Assembly: GCA_964016885.1 (NCBI GenBank)
Contig: OZ024741.1
Span: forward strand, 384,214,001-384,278,000
Direction of reading: 5' to 3'
Length of the DNA stretch: 64,000 nt
DNA from: Eledone cirrhosa
Taxonomy: Eukaryota
Within the stretch, counting starts at the first letter, position 1; each line of letters starts with the position of its first letter. Below the pieces are notes generated by a model. The model saw nothing but the letters and a program-made list of their open reading frames with translations. It had not been told where the DNA came from and ran no database searches. Positions 13,875 to 28,476 of the stretch are shown here, piece by piece. A program made the position numbers and the translations under genes.

Positions 13875-14483
13875 TGGTGGCTGCCAACTCGTTTTCGAGT
13901 ACGGCCACTACTTTATATCCATGTAGGAGAACTCCTACCAATGCGCTGAACGAGTGTGACTTTTTAGTCCAGCCAGCGACTTGAAAACTCTGGTACAAAC
14001 ACTACACCTGTGACAATTATTGACACATAGTTCTGGGCCCATCGTACCATGTGACGACAAGTGCAGAGAGATCTCCAGATATAAAGCAATGCCTGTGCCG
14101 TGAAGCTTTTATAGTGAGCAAAGGCACTGCACAAAGCCAGTCCCACTCTCTTAACCAAGATGATATTTACCAAAAAGAAGAACACGTCAACATCATTGGA
14201 TACCATCAGGGTTGCAGGTGTTATATCAGAGTTTTCCTTCTCCTAGAATTCTGCCTTGACAAAGGCTAAGGGGTCATCTCTCCCGGTGATTTTGGATGGC
14301 CATTGACTCTTAAGAGCTCCTTTGCCCTTTGACAGGTTTTGATTTTAGTCCTGTAGGATGTCCAAAGTCACCCTCCTCACCAAGAAACCTTGCTGGGGTT
14401 GCCAGTTTAGTCGCCAACGACCCGACCATTGTACTGGGACCCGACAGGTTGTACTGGGATACATGTTACCAGTAGCACCAACT
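13875..14483 (-). mobile_element. Non-autonomous RTE derivative (5' UTR-like part fused to the RTE 3' end) with (TGTA)n tail
   Basis: 3' part encodes a C2H2-like CHRCSVC..VFKSLAGLKSH. 5' part has ccttagcctttgtcaaggcagaattctaggagaaggaaaactctga, resembling RTE 5' UTRs. Confidence 0.55.
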
Positions 14484-15299
14484 GACATACATATACATAC
14501 ATACATACATACATACATACATACATACATACATACATACATACATACATTATATACATATATGAGCTTGCGCGCGTGTGTGTATAGTATGTATATGTAT
14601 ATGTATGTACATATGCATATTTGAAATATTGAAATATAAGTTCGTGCGCAACAGAAAGGATAAATGGTGATAGAACGAGAGAGTGGGGGGGGGAGACAGA
14701 GAGAGAAAGAGGGAGATCGAAACAGAGATTGAGAGATGGTATTTGAAATTCATATATACATGTTTTGTTTGATTCGATAAAGAATGCATACTAATGCATA
14801 TCAAAATGATAAATCAATAAAGCGCAGGAGTGTGTCACTAATACATATATAAGAAATATGTGAATTATACACATTTATCTACAGGTACACTCACACTCAT
14901 ATACATTCACATATATACAGATACATAGATATTTCGATGCATAAAGGTTTGTGTAGATGTATTTGCGTCTCTCTCTCTCTATATATATATATATGTGTGT
15001 GTGTGTTTGTGTGCGTGTGGGTGCGTGGGTGTTGGAGGGGGGGTGTATGTATATATCTATCTATATATATCTATATATATATATATTTACACAAGTGTAT
15101 ATATACGTATATATGTGAACGTATATCTGTACATACCTCTATATATATTAGATAAATGCACATATGCACATGTACATGTATATATATATATACATATTCA
15201 ACATGTGAGGGCGTGTGCGTGTGTGTATACATATATATACATACATATGCTTATATTTGTATATATCTATATACATGTATGTGTGTCTTTGTACGTATG

Positions 15300-15378
<79 letters not shown>

Positions 15379-15380
15379 GC

Positions 15381-15461
<81 letters not shown>

Positions 15462-15917
15462 TATATACATATATATATATACATAGTTGCAAGATAGTGT
15501 CTGATTTATTAGGTTGCATTTTAAATGATTCTTTCATTATTTAATTATTCAGGCGGGGTTTTTATTTTAGATTGTAGCTGCTGACATTTTGTTAAAAATA
15601 ACATTGCAGCTAAGAAAATGTCACCTGCTAATTTCCGTAAGCTTCACAAGTGTTCTCTCTAGTTGATGTAGAATGGAGGAAATATGTGCAGTACACAACA
15701 CTACACTATACTATTAGCTGATTAGTTTAGTTGTTCATGCAAGCAGGATCAGCCAACTTATCTTATACACTACTGTTTCACTAACGTTTTCTCATTCACC
15801 TTATTCTCTCTCTCTCTCTCTCGCCCGCTCACTCTCTCTCTCTCTCTCTCTCTTGCTGTGTACACAGTCACACACACACATATATATATATATATACACC
15901 CACACACATATATATAT

Positions 15918-16082
15918 ATGGTGGCTGCCAACTCGTTTTCGAGTACAGCCACTACTTTCTATCCATGTAGGAGAACCCCTACCGATGGGCTGAACGAGTG
16001 TGACTTTTTAGTCCAGCCAGCGACTTGAAAACTCTGGCACAAACACTACACTTGTGACAATTATTGACACATAGTACTGGGG
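15918..16082 (-). mobile_element. RTE 3'-end fragment, copy of 13875-14035
   Basis: Near-identical to 13875-14035; encodes CHKCSVCARVFKSLAGLKSHTRSAHR. Confidence 0.65.
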
Positions 16083-16167
16083 TACATACATACATACATA
16101 CATACATACATACATACATACATACGTATATCATATATATAGTAACCTCACAGCCCGCTACATTTCT

Positions 16168-16241
<74 letters not shown>

Positions 16242-16264
16242 TATACATATATATATAGAGAGAG

Positions 16265-16305
<41 letters not shown>

Positions 16306-17055
16306 CTAGCTGACGTACCCAGCTTCGCCCGGGTAAACAGATGATAAGAGAAGACAGGTAAAAGAGAAAATGACTGTATTGGATGTTTGTCTGGTTACAA
16401 TATGAGGCGAGTCCGTGATGTCTGTGTGCTACAAAAAAAAACAGTAAAAAAAAATCTTCCAGATATACCAGATTCTACGTTGTACCGTTTGTGCATAGTA
16501 TATTAACAATTCTAGGTGCTCCCACCTAGAATAGTGACCTCTAGGAGATGGTTCATCTTCTGCCTGACTGTAAAACGTGTATCATTGCATAGATGTGGTT
16601 GTTCCACGTTTCTCAAAAGGATGATGGAAGTTCCAATCTTTTATATTATATGTAGATATAGATATAGATAATGAATATAAAAGATGTCCGTCAGTGTAAA
16701 AAAGGTCCCTATTTACTTGAAATGGTTTATACAAATGCCAAATTAATATGGATATGGATAACATGCTTATCTATAAGTGGTCAGCTATAATAATAAAACA
16801 ACAAATTATATGACACAAAAATGTATTCAGTAATTTCCAGGCTCTTAGCCACTGAGTAATAGACAGTCAATGTTGCCCAGAGTTCAACTCGGGGAGGTGG
16901 TCTGGTTTGAACTCCAAATGGCGGATCCTTCTACTTCGAAAATAGAATCGTTTTTCAATATTATTCTAGCCCTGGCCGGCCATAGGATCCAACCATTTTG
17001 CCAGACTCAGCATATGATGAGGTTTTATTTACACCGCAATCAGAAGCGATAAATT

Positions 17056-17390
17056 TGAAGGCAATTTCTACCAATACCTGTTGGTTTTTATTGCTCATTA
17101 TCGACAATAAATGACATTGAACAGAAATGATAACTCTGTCAAAGCTCACAATACAGATCAAGGGACACCAATGTCTGAATCATTTACGTCGAACATTCAT
17201 AGCAGTGAAGGCAATTTCTACCAATACTTGTTGGTATTTATTGCGCAACATAGCAGTGAAAGCAATTTTTACCAATACTTGTTTGTTTTTATTGCTCATA
17301 ACGACATTAAATGACATTGAACATAAATGATAACTCTGTCAAAGCTCACAATACTGATCAAAGGATACCAATGTCCGAATCATTTACGTC
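17056..17390. repeat. Tandem duplication (~135 bp block x2 plus a partial) in the Helitron 3' region
   Basis: gaaggcaatttctaccaatac...aaatgataactctgtcaaagctcacaatac...gaatcatttacgtc repeated. Confidence 0.7.
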
Positions 17391-17421
17391 GCTTATTGAT
17401 AGCATTAAAGATATGCATACA

Positions 17422-20400
17422 TCAGCTCAAATCTTCATTATAGACAATATTCAGGGTTGTTCCTCTGTTAGTGGTATCAATTGCAAATTTTATACCATCA
17501 GGATCGCACACTCGAGATGCAGCAACATACAGTTGCCCATTGCTGAATGCTGGATCATTCAAGTAGACACCGACTCGCTTGAAAGTCTGTCCCTGTGCCT
17601 TGTTGACAGTCATGGAGAAGGCCAAATTGACGGGAAACTGTCTCCTTTGCCAAATGAATGGCAGCAGATCTTCACTTGGTCTCAGCATGATCCTCGGAAT
17701 GAGAACCGATTCCTCTCTGCCTGGGAGTTTAGCTTCTAAAACTCTTCCGTTAATCAATCTCTCAACAATCAATCTGGTACCATTGCAAAGACCCATTTTA
17801 TTATTGATATTTCTAAGCATTATAATCGGCATACCCTTTTTCAACCTCAAAATATGTGGGGGGGGGGGGGGAATCCGGGTATTTGAAGTGAATTCAGATA
17901 CTCAGTCGGAACATCCATATTGTTCTGCTGATTAAGCTCCATTACATCCGCACTGACGGTCAACCATTCCTCTCCAGGAAACATTCCGGCTACTTGTGAA
18001 TTTATTTCATCGACCGTTGCATTCGTATGAGTTAGAATAACGCGTTCCGATATTAAGGAGATATTCTGCCAAAAAGCATTCAAATCAGGGAACACCCAGT
18101 CAATCAATGCTTGGCGGTCCAGTGGCATGACCAAATGGTCTGGGATTCTTACAGTCTGATTATCACCAACGTGTGGCAATTCATCGTGTCCCAACTGCAT
18201 CAACCATCGGCCATATGTCTCAGCCTCTTCGTTTTGCCCGAAGTCGCATATTATCGTGTAATCGCAAAACTCTGAAATGGCGCCACAACGGGGACTTTTT
18301 CAGACATGCATCGACAATTTGCGCTCTTTGAGCATTCCTAACAATTGGTAGCACCTGTCTGAAATCGACACCAAGAACGATAGTCTTGCCACTGAATGGC
18401 AGGTCACTACCGCAGATGTCTCTCAAAGTTCTGTCCAATGCCTCCAGCAAATATCTGTGCGCCATTGGAGCCTCGTCCCAAATAATCAGAGACGTATTGC
18501 GTATAAGGCCCGTGAGTTCACTTTGTCCTGTAATGTTACAGATACTCAACTCATCCGGAGCCAGTGGAACCTTGAAGCATGAGTGGAAGGTCCTTCCACC
18601 ACTCAGCAAAGTGGCAGCGATCCTACTGGTGGCCACAGGGAGAGCAATCTTCCTCTGTGCTCTGACTGCCGATAACATAGTGTTGAAATAGAATGTCTTT
18701 CCGGTGCCTCCTGGAGCATTTATGAAAGCACAAAGTTGCTCATTAGTAGAAATCGAGTGGAGAACGCCATCGACCAATTCTCTCTGAGATTGAGTCAACA
18801 TTGGCATACGTTCATCTACAATACGTTGCTGTTCCAGTGGATCAAACTGGAATAGTTCCCTCCGATCGAGGCAACCGTTTAAGCTGCAATCCCATGTTCA
18901 ATGCTAAGACACGTTGCCGCATTTCTTCATCAGGAATTAGCAAATTGAAATCTGTTAAACATTTGAAATGAACTTCAAGCAATATTGAGCAAAACAATAG
19001 CTTTCATCAAATTTTCATCATTGACCTGAAGATGATGCCTAAAATCATCAGACATAATTCCCCAATGGCGTTCAAATAACTCTCTTGGATCGGCAGGATT
19101 GCAGAATCTTAGAATCGTGACAAACAACTGCCTTATTTGAGCTGGCATCTGTGTTGTTCCTGCAGCTTCCATGGCGCTATTCCATTCAGCGTCATCCTGA
19201 AGGAGTCCCAGATGCTGACACACAGCCTGGTATGTTTCATATTCCACGCCATTGATTGTTTTCAAATCAGCGAAGCTCTGTTTACCTCTCGAAAAATCAT
19301 TATGCAACAGAATTCGGAGATAAAACACATCACCAGATGCTGGATGGACATTACAAACCCGTCCAATAGTCATGAATCTCAACTTTTGTTTTCTATCATT
19401 CAATTTCTTTCCCTTCTTATCTCACGTATAGTGCAAAGGGAAATCGCAGTAGAGTTGCCTTTGATCCGGGTTCAAAGCATGTCCCCTATTATGCTTGAAC
19501 CACTCAGTCAATTCCGTCTTAGGAGGTGGTGCGTTAGCAATTCTTTCGATTGCGATAGCAATTCTTTCTAGTGTCCTTAAAACAGACCATTTGCCTATTC
19601 TCTAAGTGAACCGTCAGTTTCTGAACGCTGGGTTTGCGTTCAATGAGATCAAAATCGAACCTTCTCCAGCAAGCTTCGCTAGATCCAATCGAGCGAACAT
19701 CCTGGAACCTGCCAACTTCATCTCCTTGGTTCGCTTCCTCATTCCTGACATTGATCATTGCCCGATCATGACCTTTGTAAACATATTTGAATAGATATTT
19801 GCAAGCTTTCACTGAGCTACAAATTTCCACATTAATATGACAACGATATTTCATAATCAAATATGGATTGTATGGCACAACCCATTGATTTGTAACCTGT
19901 CAACCGTTTACATTTTTGACCAAACCGCTATCTGCAGGCGACCGTCTTCTGTATGAAGGATGAGCATCCCCATCGTTCCAGGAAGTGTTCGTGACAAAAG
20001 ATTTCGGAAATTGCTTACTACATTGGCCATTTTTCATGCAAGGCGCTTTCCGATTTGTCACGCCGCATTGGTTGTGCACCATTAACTTTGCCACCAAGTT
20101 GCGTAGTGCCTCATTCTCCGGCAGTTCAACACACACAACGCTGTCGACATCCTCAGCGCATCTCAATTTGCAATCTCTATGTAAAATGATCAGCAAATGT
20201 GCATGTAGCAATCCTCTTTTTTGGAATTCAATTACGTATGTAAAAGCAACTATACCTCCAAAGATTCCCTCTTTTTCCATAGCATCCATTATCTTTTTCA
20301 GATATCCTTTGAATACTCTTGCCACAATATCAGGACGGTCCTTTGGCTGTTGCCCTGGCAAAGGTGCATCCTCAATATCAGTCCATTCACGATTGCATGT

Positions 20401-22020
20401 AACCGTTATAAACAAATCTGGCTTTCCAAACTTTCTGACAATAGCCATTGAATCCTGATAGCGAATGTTCATATATCTCGGGCCGCCGATGAACGACGAT
20501 GGCAAAATGATGCGTCGACCAATTCGCTTGTAATTGGCACCATCGGCTGTTATCACATCCTGTGTATTATTATACAATTCAGCTCTGATATTTTGCTGAT
20601 GTGTAGCTATATAATTTAGCCTTTCATTTTCGATCTTTGCGAATGCCATACAACAGTATTCCTGGAACAATCTGCTGGCTTGAAATAGCGCATTTCTCTG
20701 TTGATTCCTATCGTTCAAATGGGACGCGTAAAAGTCGCGAATCGAATTATTGTGTCTATTGTCGCCTCCCTGTTGATGCTGATTCTCATGATCCTCTAAA
20801 TGAACAGACATGTTCCATCCATTTTCACTTTTGGGGAATAAAAGAACATAATGCAATAGATCGTATGCCCTATTTGACTCATTGATAGTCTTGAGACCAC
20901 CATCTCTGCGATTGAGGACGATATCTCTCGATCCAGGCTTATCGTCCATCAACACAGCAACTTCACGAAATCCTTCAGGGGCATTATATCGCCGTTCGTG
21001 TCTATTCCTTGGCACTGCGTCAGCCTTAATCACCAATGTTTGCTGCTGAACATTTTGCAGTTTAGCCACCAACATGAAATCCATAACATAAGGATTACAC
21101 TGTCTAAGCCATGATTGCAAATCACGGATCAAATCACTTAACCTTTGCCGTTCAAATTCAGTTATATTTCCCGGCAACTTCATCCAACCGATCCTGATAT
21201 CCTCCTCCGATTCACTATAATCTGGATCGTTAACGTAAATTTGAGTGAATCGAGGCCTCTCTCCTGGGGTAACTTCTAAATTACCGATACAATGATACAA
21301 ACAGCCTTGAATGACTACATTCGGTTGCCATGCTCCACTCTTAAACATCTCACTAACTCTCTGCGATGCTAAAGCTAATGAATGGTTAATTTGCCGCGAA
21401 TATTTGCGCAGTAATCTATCTCGGTCTCCTTGATCACCCCACATACTTAGTATTTTAAACTCCGGTGACTCCTCATCATCCGGCATTCGCAAGGGTTCTA
21501 GTTGAACTGCTCCTTTATGACAGCACATCGTGGTCCACGTCTTTTCGTGCCTCCAAAGCAATGCTCCACAATATGGACACTCTGCTCGTCCACCAATCTC
21601 AAAATGACACGGTTGCCATGGTCCATTTTTAATATCATCCGTTCGCCTTCTAACCTCTTTACTGGAATGAGGAGCACTTTGGCGACACATTCTCTGAACT
21701 TCTGTATTGCGCTGGCGCTGTTCAGCCAGCCCCTCTTCATCCATCGCAGCACGCCGTTGCTGCTGAATTCTGGCCATCTGCTGATGATGCTCAGCCAGTT
21801 CGTCTTCAACCATCGCAGCACGCCGTCGCTACTTGGCTCCAGCGTTTCGTTGGCGTTGTTCAGCCAGCTCCTCTTCATTCATGGCGGCACGTCTTTGCCT
21901 CTGATGTTCGGCGTTCCGATGACGCTGTTCGGCCCGTTTTTCTACATTGCTGGCTGCATGCCGTCGCCGCTGTAGTTCACTGTTTGATAAAGTCTAATTG
22001 TTTTTATTATCAGTATTCAT
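17422..22020 (-). pseudogene. Helitron Rep/PIF1-helicase pseudogene
   Basis: CPYCGA..CCHKG, PDLFITVTCN, VIEFQKRGLLHAH (HUH), KYLFKYVYKGHD, APGGTGKT (Walker A), IIWDEAPM (Walker B), FSMTVNKAQGQT, GQLYVAASRV. Broken by stops and frameshifts. Confidence 0.93.
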
Positions 22021-22724
22021 TTCTAGCAATTGTCAAAAAATGACACAATAATAAATATAAAAGATGTCCGTCAATATAAAAAAAGATCCCTATTTACTCC
22101 CTTCACAACTCTGTGTATGTTAGACTGACAAACAGGCACACATGCAAATAAACTGCGTGGCGATTGTGGAACGCCACACACATACACGCATGGAAACGTG
22201 CACACGCACGCAAACTTACACACGCACACAATCACACATGTTGATAGTTTTTACTTTCTGTGGAACGCTGCACGCACGCACACACACATAAACATACGCG
22301 CACGTACATACACACGCACACATGTTAATAGTTATTGAACACAGCGTTCACACTCTCCTTTCTCATTCCTTCATTGACATTATGCATATTAATTTCAGTT
22401 TGGCGTCGTTGAGGTGGGCGGAGTCGCTTGAAACCTATGAACCAATGATAATCGAGAATTATGACGCACGGAATAATGACGTTGTTGAAATTAATATATA
22501 GATAGATATATTTCTTTATTTACCATAAAGGTATAAAAAGAAGGGACAAATACAAAGGGGAGTTTACATAAAACCGAGTAAAAAGGGTATAAAATGAAAA
22601 TAATCAAAAACAACCTCAAAAGGGAAGGTACGTGATGGGGGTTGCACACACCCCCGAAAAAGTGTGCAATCCTTTGCCCGGGGAGCACATGTAGAAGGTG
22701 CTCCCCTCTCCTTCACTTCTTTAC

Positions 22725-25700
22725 CTACAGGATGGTATACAGAGAAGGCCCATTTACACGAGCCATTCTCGCCACTATCACCCACCTTTCATAAAACTGC
22801 CTGTGGCCAAGCACCTCTCTCTCCATTCTTATCCTTCTTCCGAAGTGATATCGGAAGAAGTAGACCAGTCTATGGCCAGAGAGGAAGTTGCCTGACCTCA
22901 GACCTTTCAATCGTGTCCACCAAACAACCTCTTTCAACATGGCTATTATGCACAGAAAAACCGCCTTTGCTTCCTTTGTGAAGAGGGGAGGCGGTTTGAT
23001 TGTCATCACGGACTCGGCGGTCAATCGAATCGGCGCCACCCGCGACAGCAGTTGTTCGGCGTAGCCCCACAGATCAGCCACGCCCGGACAGTGCACCAAT
23101 GCGTGCGCAACGGTTTCTTCGTGACGCACGCATCTAGGGCAAATCTTTTTCGAGTGATCCCTGCCCGGGCGCCCGTGTCTGTAGAGCTTTTCTCGAACGG
23201 ATAGAGCCCCCCGGTAGCACTGCCAAGCCAGTGACTTCTGGAAGTTGTCCATTGGTCCCGGGCCGAAAGTCCTACCGAATATGCTGGCCAGTTCGTCCTC
23301 TTCCATGTCCAGCGACTCTCCAAGGGTGTCACCGCCCCTGCTAGCCACCAGCCCTCTATAGAATGACGAGGTGGATTTTCCACCGATGGCCGGATCCGCT
23401 TGCCAGAGAGCCCTGAGCGCCTGGGCACACTCAGTGTGCCAGTCGCCCAGTTTTCCGGATCTTTGCTTGACCCAGGACTGCAGCTCGGTGAGCGAGACGA
23501 GTCTCGGAAAGGCTCGTTTCACGAACGGAGCCCACACCGGTTGACCAGTGAGGAATACCTGTAGGTGCCGTAGCCTTAATGCGTGCCTACGCATCATCAA
23601 CCACGGCATCCCCAGCCCTCCTTTCGAAGGTTGTTGGCAGCAGATGGATCTTCTCACCATAGGAGGGCGCTTCTTCCAAAGAAATTGAAAGAGCATGCGT
23701 TCCATGGTGGTGAGTGTTTCCTTAGGGCAAGGCACGACAGTCAGGCGGTAGTAGGTGACGGAGGCTATGTAAATGTTCGCCACCTCCGCCCGACCTTTCA
23801 GGGACAGCTTACACTTGGCCCATTTCTGGGTCAGTGCAAACACCTTGTTCGTAACCTTGCCCCAGTTCTTTTCCACCTGGAGGTCCGGTCCAAACCAGAC
23901 CCCAAGCAACTTCACCGGGCCCTCCGTCCAGTGTCCGACGACATCGTCGGGAGGCATTGGTCTGCCACTCCACGTTCCGAGTTGCAGCCCGATGGATTTT
24001 TCCCGGTTCAGTTTCGCTCCTGACAACCTTTCGTATTCCTCCAGTAAGGTACCGATCGCCTCGATCTCCGAGTCGGTCGATACCATTACTGTTACGTCAT
24101 CGGCGTAGGCCGACACCGCTTTCCTCAATCCTGGTTCCAGGGGGATACCCTGCAACAACTCCAACTTCCTCAGTAAAGGCTCGAGAGTCAATACGTACAG
24201 AAGGGAGGAGAGAGGGCACCCCTGTCGAATGGATCGTGTGATTTCGAACGGCTTCGAAAGGTAGCCGTTCACCTTGATCCTAGAACAGATGTGGTTGCGA
24301 TGTAAGGCAGTGATCCAGCCTCTGAAAACAGGACCGAACCCAGCCGCCGCTAGCACCGCATCCAGGTAACCATGGTCGACCCTATCGAACGCCTTAGACT
24401 GATCCAAGTTGATCAGGGCCCCACCAAAGCCGGGTTTGTTGCCAACCCTCTCTATGATGTATTGCATGAGGTGGAGGTTGTCGTGAATGGACCTGGATGG
24501 GATAACACATGTCTGCGCATCTCCCACCAGGCCACCCACGACAAGCGCCAACCTCTTTGCTAACACCTTGGCTAAAATCTTTAACTCTGTGTTTAGCAGG
24601 GTTATGGGCCGAAAATTATTTATACTATCCCCCTTGTTCTCATCCTTCCTCACCAGCGAGACTACGCCCTTGGCTACAGAACAAGGAATTCTCCCGTTCT
24701 GCTGCCAATTGCAGTAGACTGCTTCGAGGAGTTCGGAGAAGAAGACCGGCATTGCTAAATAAAGTTCGTAAGGTATACCATCGAGACCTGGAGATTTGCG
24801 TCTGCTGCATTGGCTCAGCGCATCCCCGATCTCATCAGCCGAGATTGGTCCCTCGCAGGACTCTGCCTCTTCGCTCGAGAGACGCGGCAAGCCGTCGAGG
24901 TATGGACTGAAATCCACGTCCCCGCCCGGACCCTCGCCTCCCCTGAACAATCGGGTAAAGTGCCTTTGAAAGGCCTCGCACATCTGCTTAGGCTCCCGGA
25001 TCACCCGTCCATCCTCGTCTTGCAAAGACCGGATGGTGGATCGATTTCCACTCTTAGCTTCTGTCACGCGGGCCCAGCCAACGGCTTTGGTCCCTTCATT
25101 ACCTAGAGCACGTATTTTACTTCGAATGACGCAGCCTTCGTGCTTTGCATCGAAAAACTGGCTCAATGCCGTCCTCGATGCCAGCACTCTGGCCACATCT
25201 TCGCTCTTGATTGCCTCTTCTAATTTACCTGTTAATTCTTTCTCGTTCCTATTCCTATCGGCAGCTAACATCTTGCTATAACTTATTGATTCTGTTCTAA
25301 TCTCTCTTTTGAGAGATGCCCACCATCGGTTGTTGACGATTGCACCCGTCAACCTCTCCTTAACTAATCTGCTAATCCGGTCTCTGTAAGCCTCTTTTGC
25401 CGGTAAAGACAAATTAAGTTTCCAGTAACCGGGACCCTGTCTATGTGTTCTCTTGAGGTTGACTACGCAGGTCACTAATTTGTGATCTGTATAGCCAACC
25501 ATTGAGTATTTCTGGACAGCTTAATATGTCCCTATCCTTACTTCTAACTAAGAATCTATCTAAGTACGATCTAGATTGACCACTATGGTTCGTCCAAGTC
25601 CAGGTTAGCACAGTTGGAAAATCTAGTTGATATCTATCGACCAAGTTAAAACGGTCGAGTAACCCCTTGAGGCTGCTACACCCCCCCCTCTATTAGGACA

Positions 25701-26165
25701 TGCTCCTGCATAGTCCCAACGTGCATCTAGGATATCATTCCAGTCCCCCGCTAGAAGCAGGGAACGCGACGTTCCCAGAAAAGTCTCCAGACGCTGGAAG
25801 AAGTCGGGTCGTTCAGCTCCGAAAGGGGAGTATACGGCGACCAGTCTCAAGGCCGCACCTCCACTACTGCCAACGTCTAGCACCAACAAACGACCTTCCG
25901 AGTCCGAGTGAACAACCTGTACGGCAAGACCCAGGTGTTTTTCCAGCAGTACGACAACCCCACCCCCACCTCCAGGTTGACAGAGAGATGCGTGTACCTC
26001 AAAGTCATCGTTGGTAGGGGCCAGCTGCCGCACGACGCTGATCCGAGTCTCACAGATAATCATTACATTTATACCACGTGACCTGAGGTCATTTAGAAGC
26101 TTTGCTTGCTTCCAAGTTGAGCCCAGGCCACGTGCATCAAACATCCTACTCTTAACACATCCATG
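22725..26165 (-). pseudogene. LINE ORF2: APE endonuclease + RT + C-terminal zinc finger (two frameshifts, near 25680 and 25500)
   Basis: ARGL..ICETR, LLAGDWN, TWTN..SYLDRFL, TDHKLV; KSPGLDGIPYE, FRPITLLNTELKILAK, LDQSKAFDRVDH, RQGCPLS, AYADDV; CPRC..ETVAHALVHC. Confidence 0.93.
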
Positions 26166-26197
26166 TGGGCGGCAAAGCCAAAGGAGAGTGTAGAGAC

Positions 26198-28107
26198 CTA
26201 CCTTTCTGCTTCCCGGGGTTCGGGTCGCACGACTGCCATGGGGTCGGGGGTGTTGGGTGAAGGGGTGTCTTGTGGTGGTGTGGGGTCGTCAGTGTGTGGT
26301 GGGGTTGGGGTGTTTGGAGTTGTGTTGGGGAGGGGAAGGGGAGGGGGAAAGCTTTTTAGGAGGACGCGGTTTATGGGTTTGACAGAGGGTGGTCCTACGT
26401 CCTCCTTAAAATCCTTTTTTAGTTTTTGGTAGAGGTTCATTGGGATCTTTATCAATTTTAAATGTGGGTAGTTTTCTGAAGAAACAAAGTTTACCCCTTC
26501 GGTTTGTACCGAAGGGTTATTGTTTATGAGTTCATTTAATTTATTATTGTTTCTGTTGATGTAAGTATAGTGTAATGTCTTTTTTTCGGATGGTGTGAGT
26601 GTTTCGAAGAGGGGAGGGGCAGGTTTGGTTTTCTTTGTTGCTGGAGGGGTGTTTTGTGTTTTATTGGATTGTGTTGACATTTGGGTAGGGGCTGTTTGGC
26701 CTTGTGTGTTTTGCACATGTTTTCTTTTTTTCCTTTTAATCTGTCTGAAGGACTCCGTTTCTTCCTCCGAATTCGTTGGGTTATCTTCAGTGTTGGAGGG
26801 AAGAGGTATGTTTGCTGGTAATGTTTCCGTGTTAGTTTTCTTTGTGGGGGAGATGGATGTCACTATGTTAGACTGTGTTGTGTGTTGTGGCTGCGGTGGT
26901 TGTGTTGTTTTATTGAGTGAGGGGTTGGGTGGGACTGTGTTTTGTTTTTGGGTAATGTGTTGTGTTTGTCTGTACTGTGGTGGTGGTGTAGTTTTACTGA
27001 GGGACGGGTTGGGTGGGACTGAATTTTGTTGTTTGTTTATCTGTTGTGGTGGTGGTGGAACTGGTGTTGGTAGCAGGGTTTTCTTCTTGTTGAGTTGGGG
27101 ACAAGCCGCCTTCAGGTGCCCTCTGCCTGCACAGATATGACAGGACGGCCTTCTCCCCTCCACGCTAATGTTTATATACCCGTGGCCCTCTAATAGGATT
27201 CTGTCGGGTATTTGGGCAATGCGTTCAGGCTTCATTTGCACTACAAGTTCTATACCTGTTCCACTGAACGCATTGCCTGTGGTTTTTCCAATGGAAATCA
27301 CGTTGTCATTCGCTGGATCAATAAAGCCAGCTATGAGCCAGCAGTAGTCCATATCTGGCATCATCGCATCCAGCCATATGCGCTGAGTTCTTTTACCCAT
27401 ATAAGATGGATAAAAGGTAAAACTTGTCGAACGAATCGGCGACAAAGCATATTCTTTTGCCGCCGATTCGTTCTTCATAATAATGGCCAGGCTTCCATAG
27501 AGCCTGTCTCTTCTTATGAAAGTGGCTTCATTAAGTACTTCTCTAAGTACCGCTTTAATTTCTGCTTGTGTTGGTTGTTGTAGCTTTTTTGAGATGTTGT
27601 TGATGGTGCGGAAAACGACCGTCCGACTTTCAATATCTTTGGTGAGTTCTTGGGGCATTTTTACTGACAAGGCTCCATTTTCCCCTTGAGTTATGAATTG
27701 TTTGGCGTTTTTTATTCTTTGTGCCACATCTGAAATATTTTCAGGTATTATGTTAAAGATTTTTTTGTTGTTTGTGCAAATGAGATGTTATTGGTGTTGA
27801 CTTTGTCGTCTGTTTTGCTTTCTGTTATGATGTTGTTGTTTTCAAATGTTATTTTTGTGTTTGTTGTTTCTTTGTTTGTGGTATTAATATTGTCATGCAA
27901 TTCTTTCATATTTTTTTTGTTGTTGGAATCAATCTCCAGATTTGTGTTTTCGTCGACATTTTTCTCCGCACATTCGTCTGTTTTTATTTTATTTTTTCTT
28001 TGCTTCTCTATGACGTTAGTTGGGAAGGAAGGGGGGACTAAAGCGTGCGAGCTTACAACTCTTACCGCTGTCCCCCCACCACTATTTTCGTTAGCTTCGT
28101 TTAACAT
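26198..28107 (-). pseudogene. LINE ORF1 gag-like nucleic-acid-binding protein (split at ~27740)
   Basis: CHICAGRGHLKAAC CCHC knuckle, Pro/Gln-rich tail, position directly upstream of ORF2. Confidence 0.8.
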
Positions 28108-28391
28108 TTCTCCCAGACGATTGAAATTTATGCAACAAAATTTTTAAAAACAGGTTTTTCACCCCTAGGAGGGGCGAAAATGAGCTGACCCACCGCCTGA
28201 CAGTTCAGACGGGGAGTCAAGCTACACAATAGTATCGAAATTAAAATTAAACTTACAAAATTTCAGCAATAAATTTGAACAAAACTTCTGCGCGAAGTGA
28301 ATTACGTCTACGCTATCGAACAGACGACAGCTAGATTATTATTGTGCCAAAAAAAAAAAAAAAAAAAAAAAAAAATAGAGACATTATATAC

Positions 28392-28440
<49 letters not shown>

Positions 28441-28476
28441 GAATAAATTTCAACTACAAAGAATACTTAGAACTCA

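Larger units (their letters stand above)
16306..22502 (-). mobile_element. Helitron, near full length, inserted in (GATA)n
   Basis: Minus strand starts TCTATATATTAAT at 22502 and ends ...acccgggcgaagctgggt (hairpin) acgtcagCTAG at 16306. A|T target site. Confidence 0.9.
22509..28331 (-). mobile_element. Tx1/L1-clade non-LTR retrotransposon, near full length
   Basis: ORF1 with zinc knuckle, then APE-RT-zf ORF2. AATAAA near the 3' end (22515-22520, minus). The 5' boundary is approximate. Confidence 0.88.
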
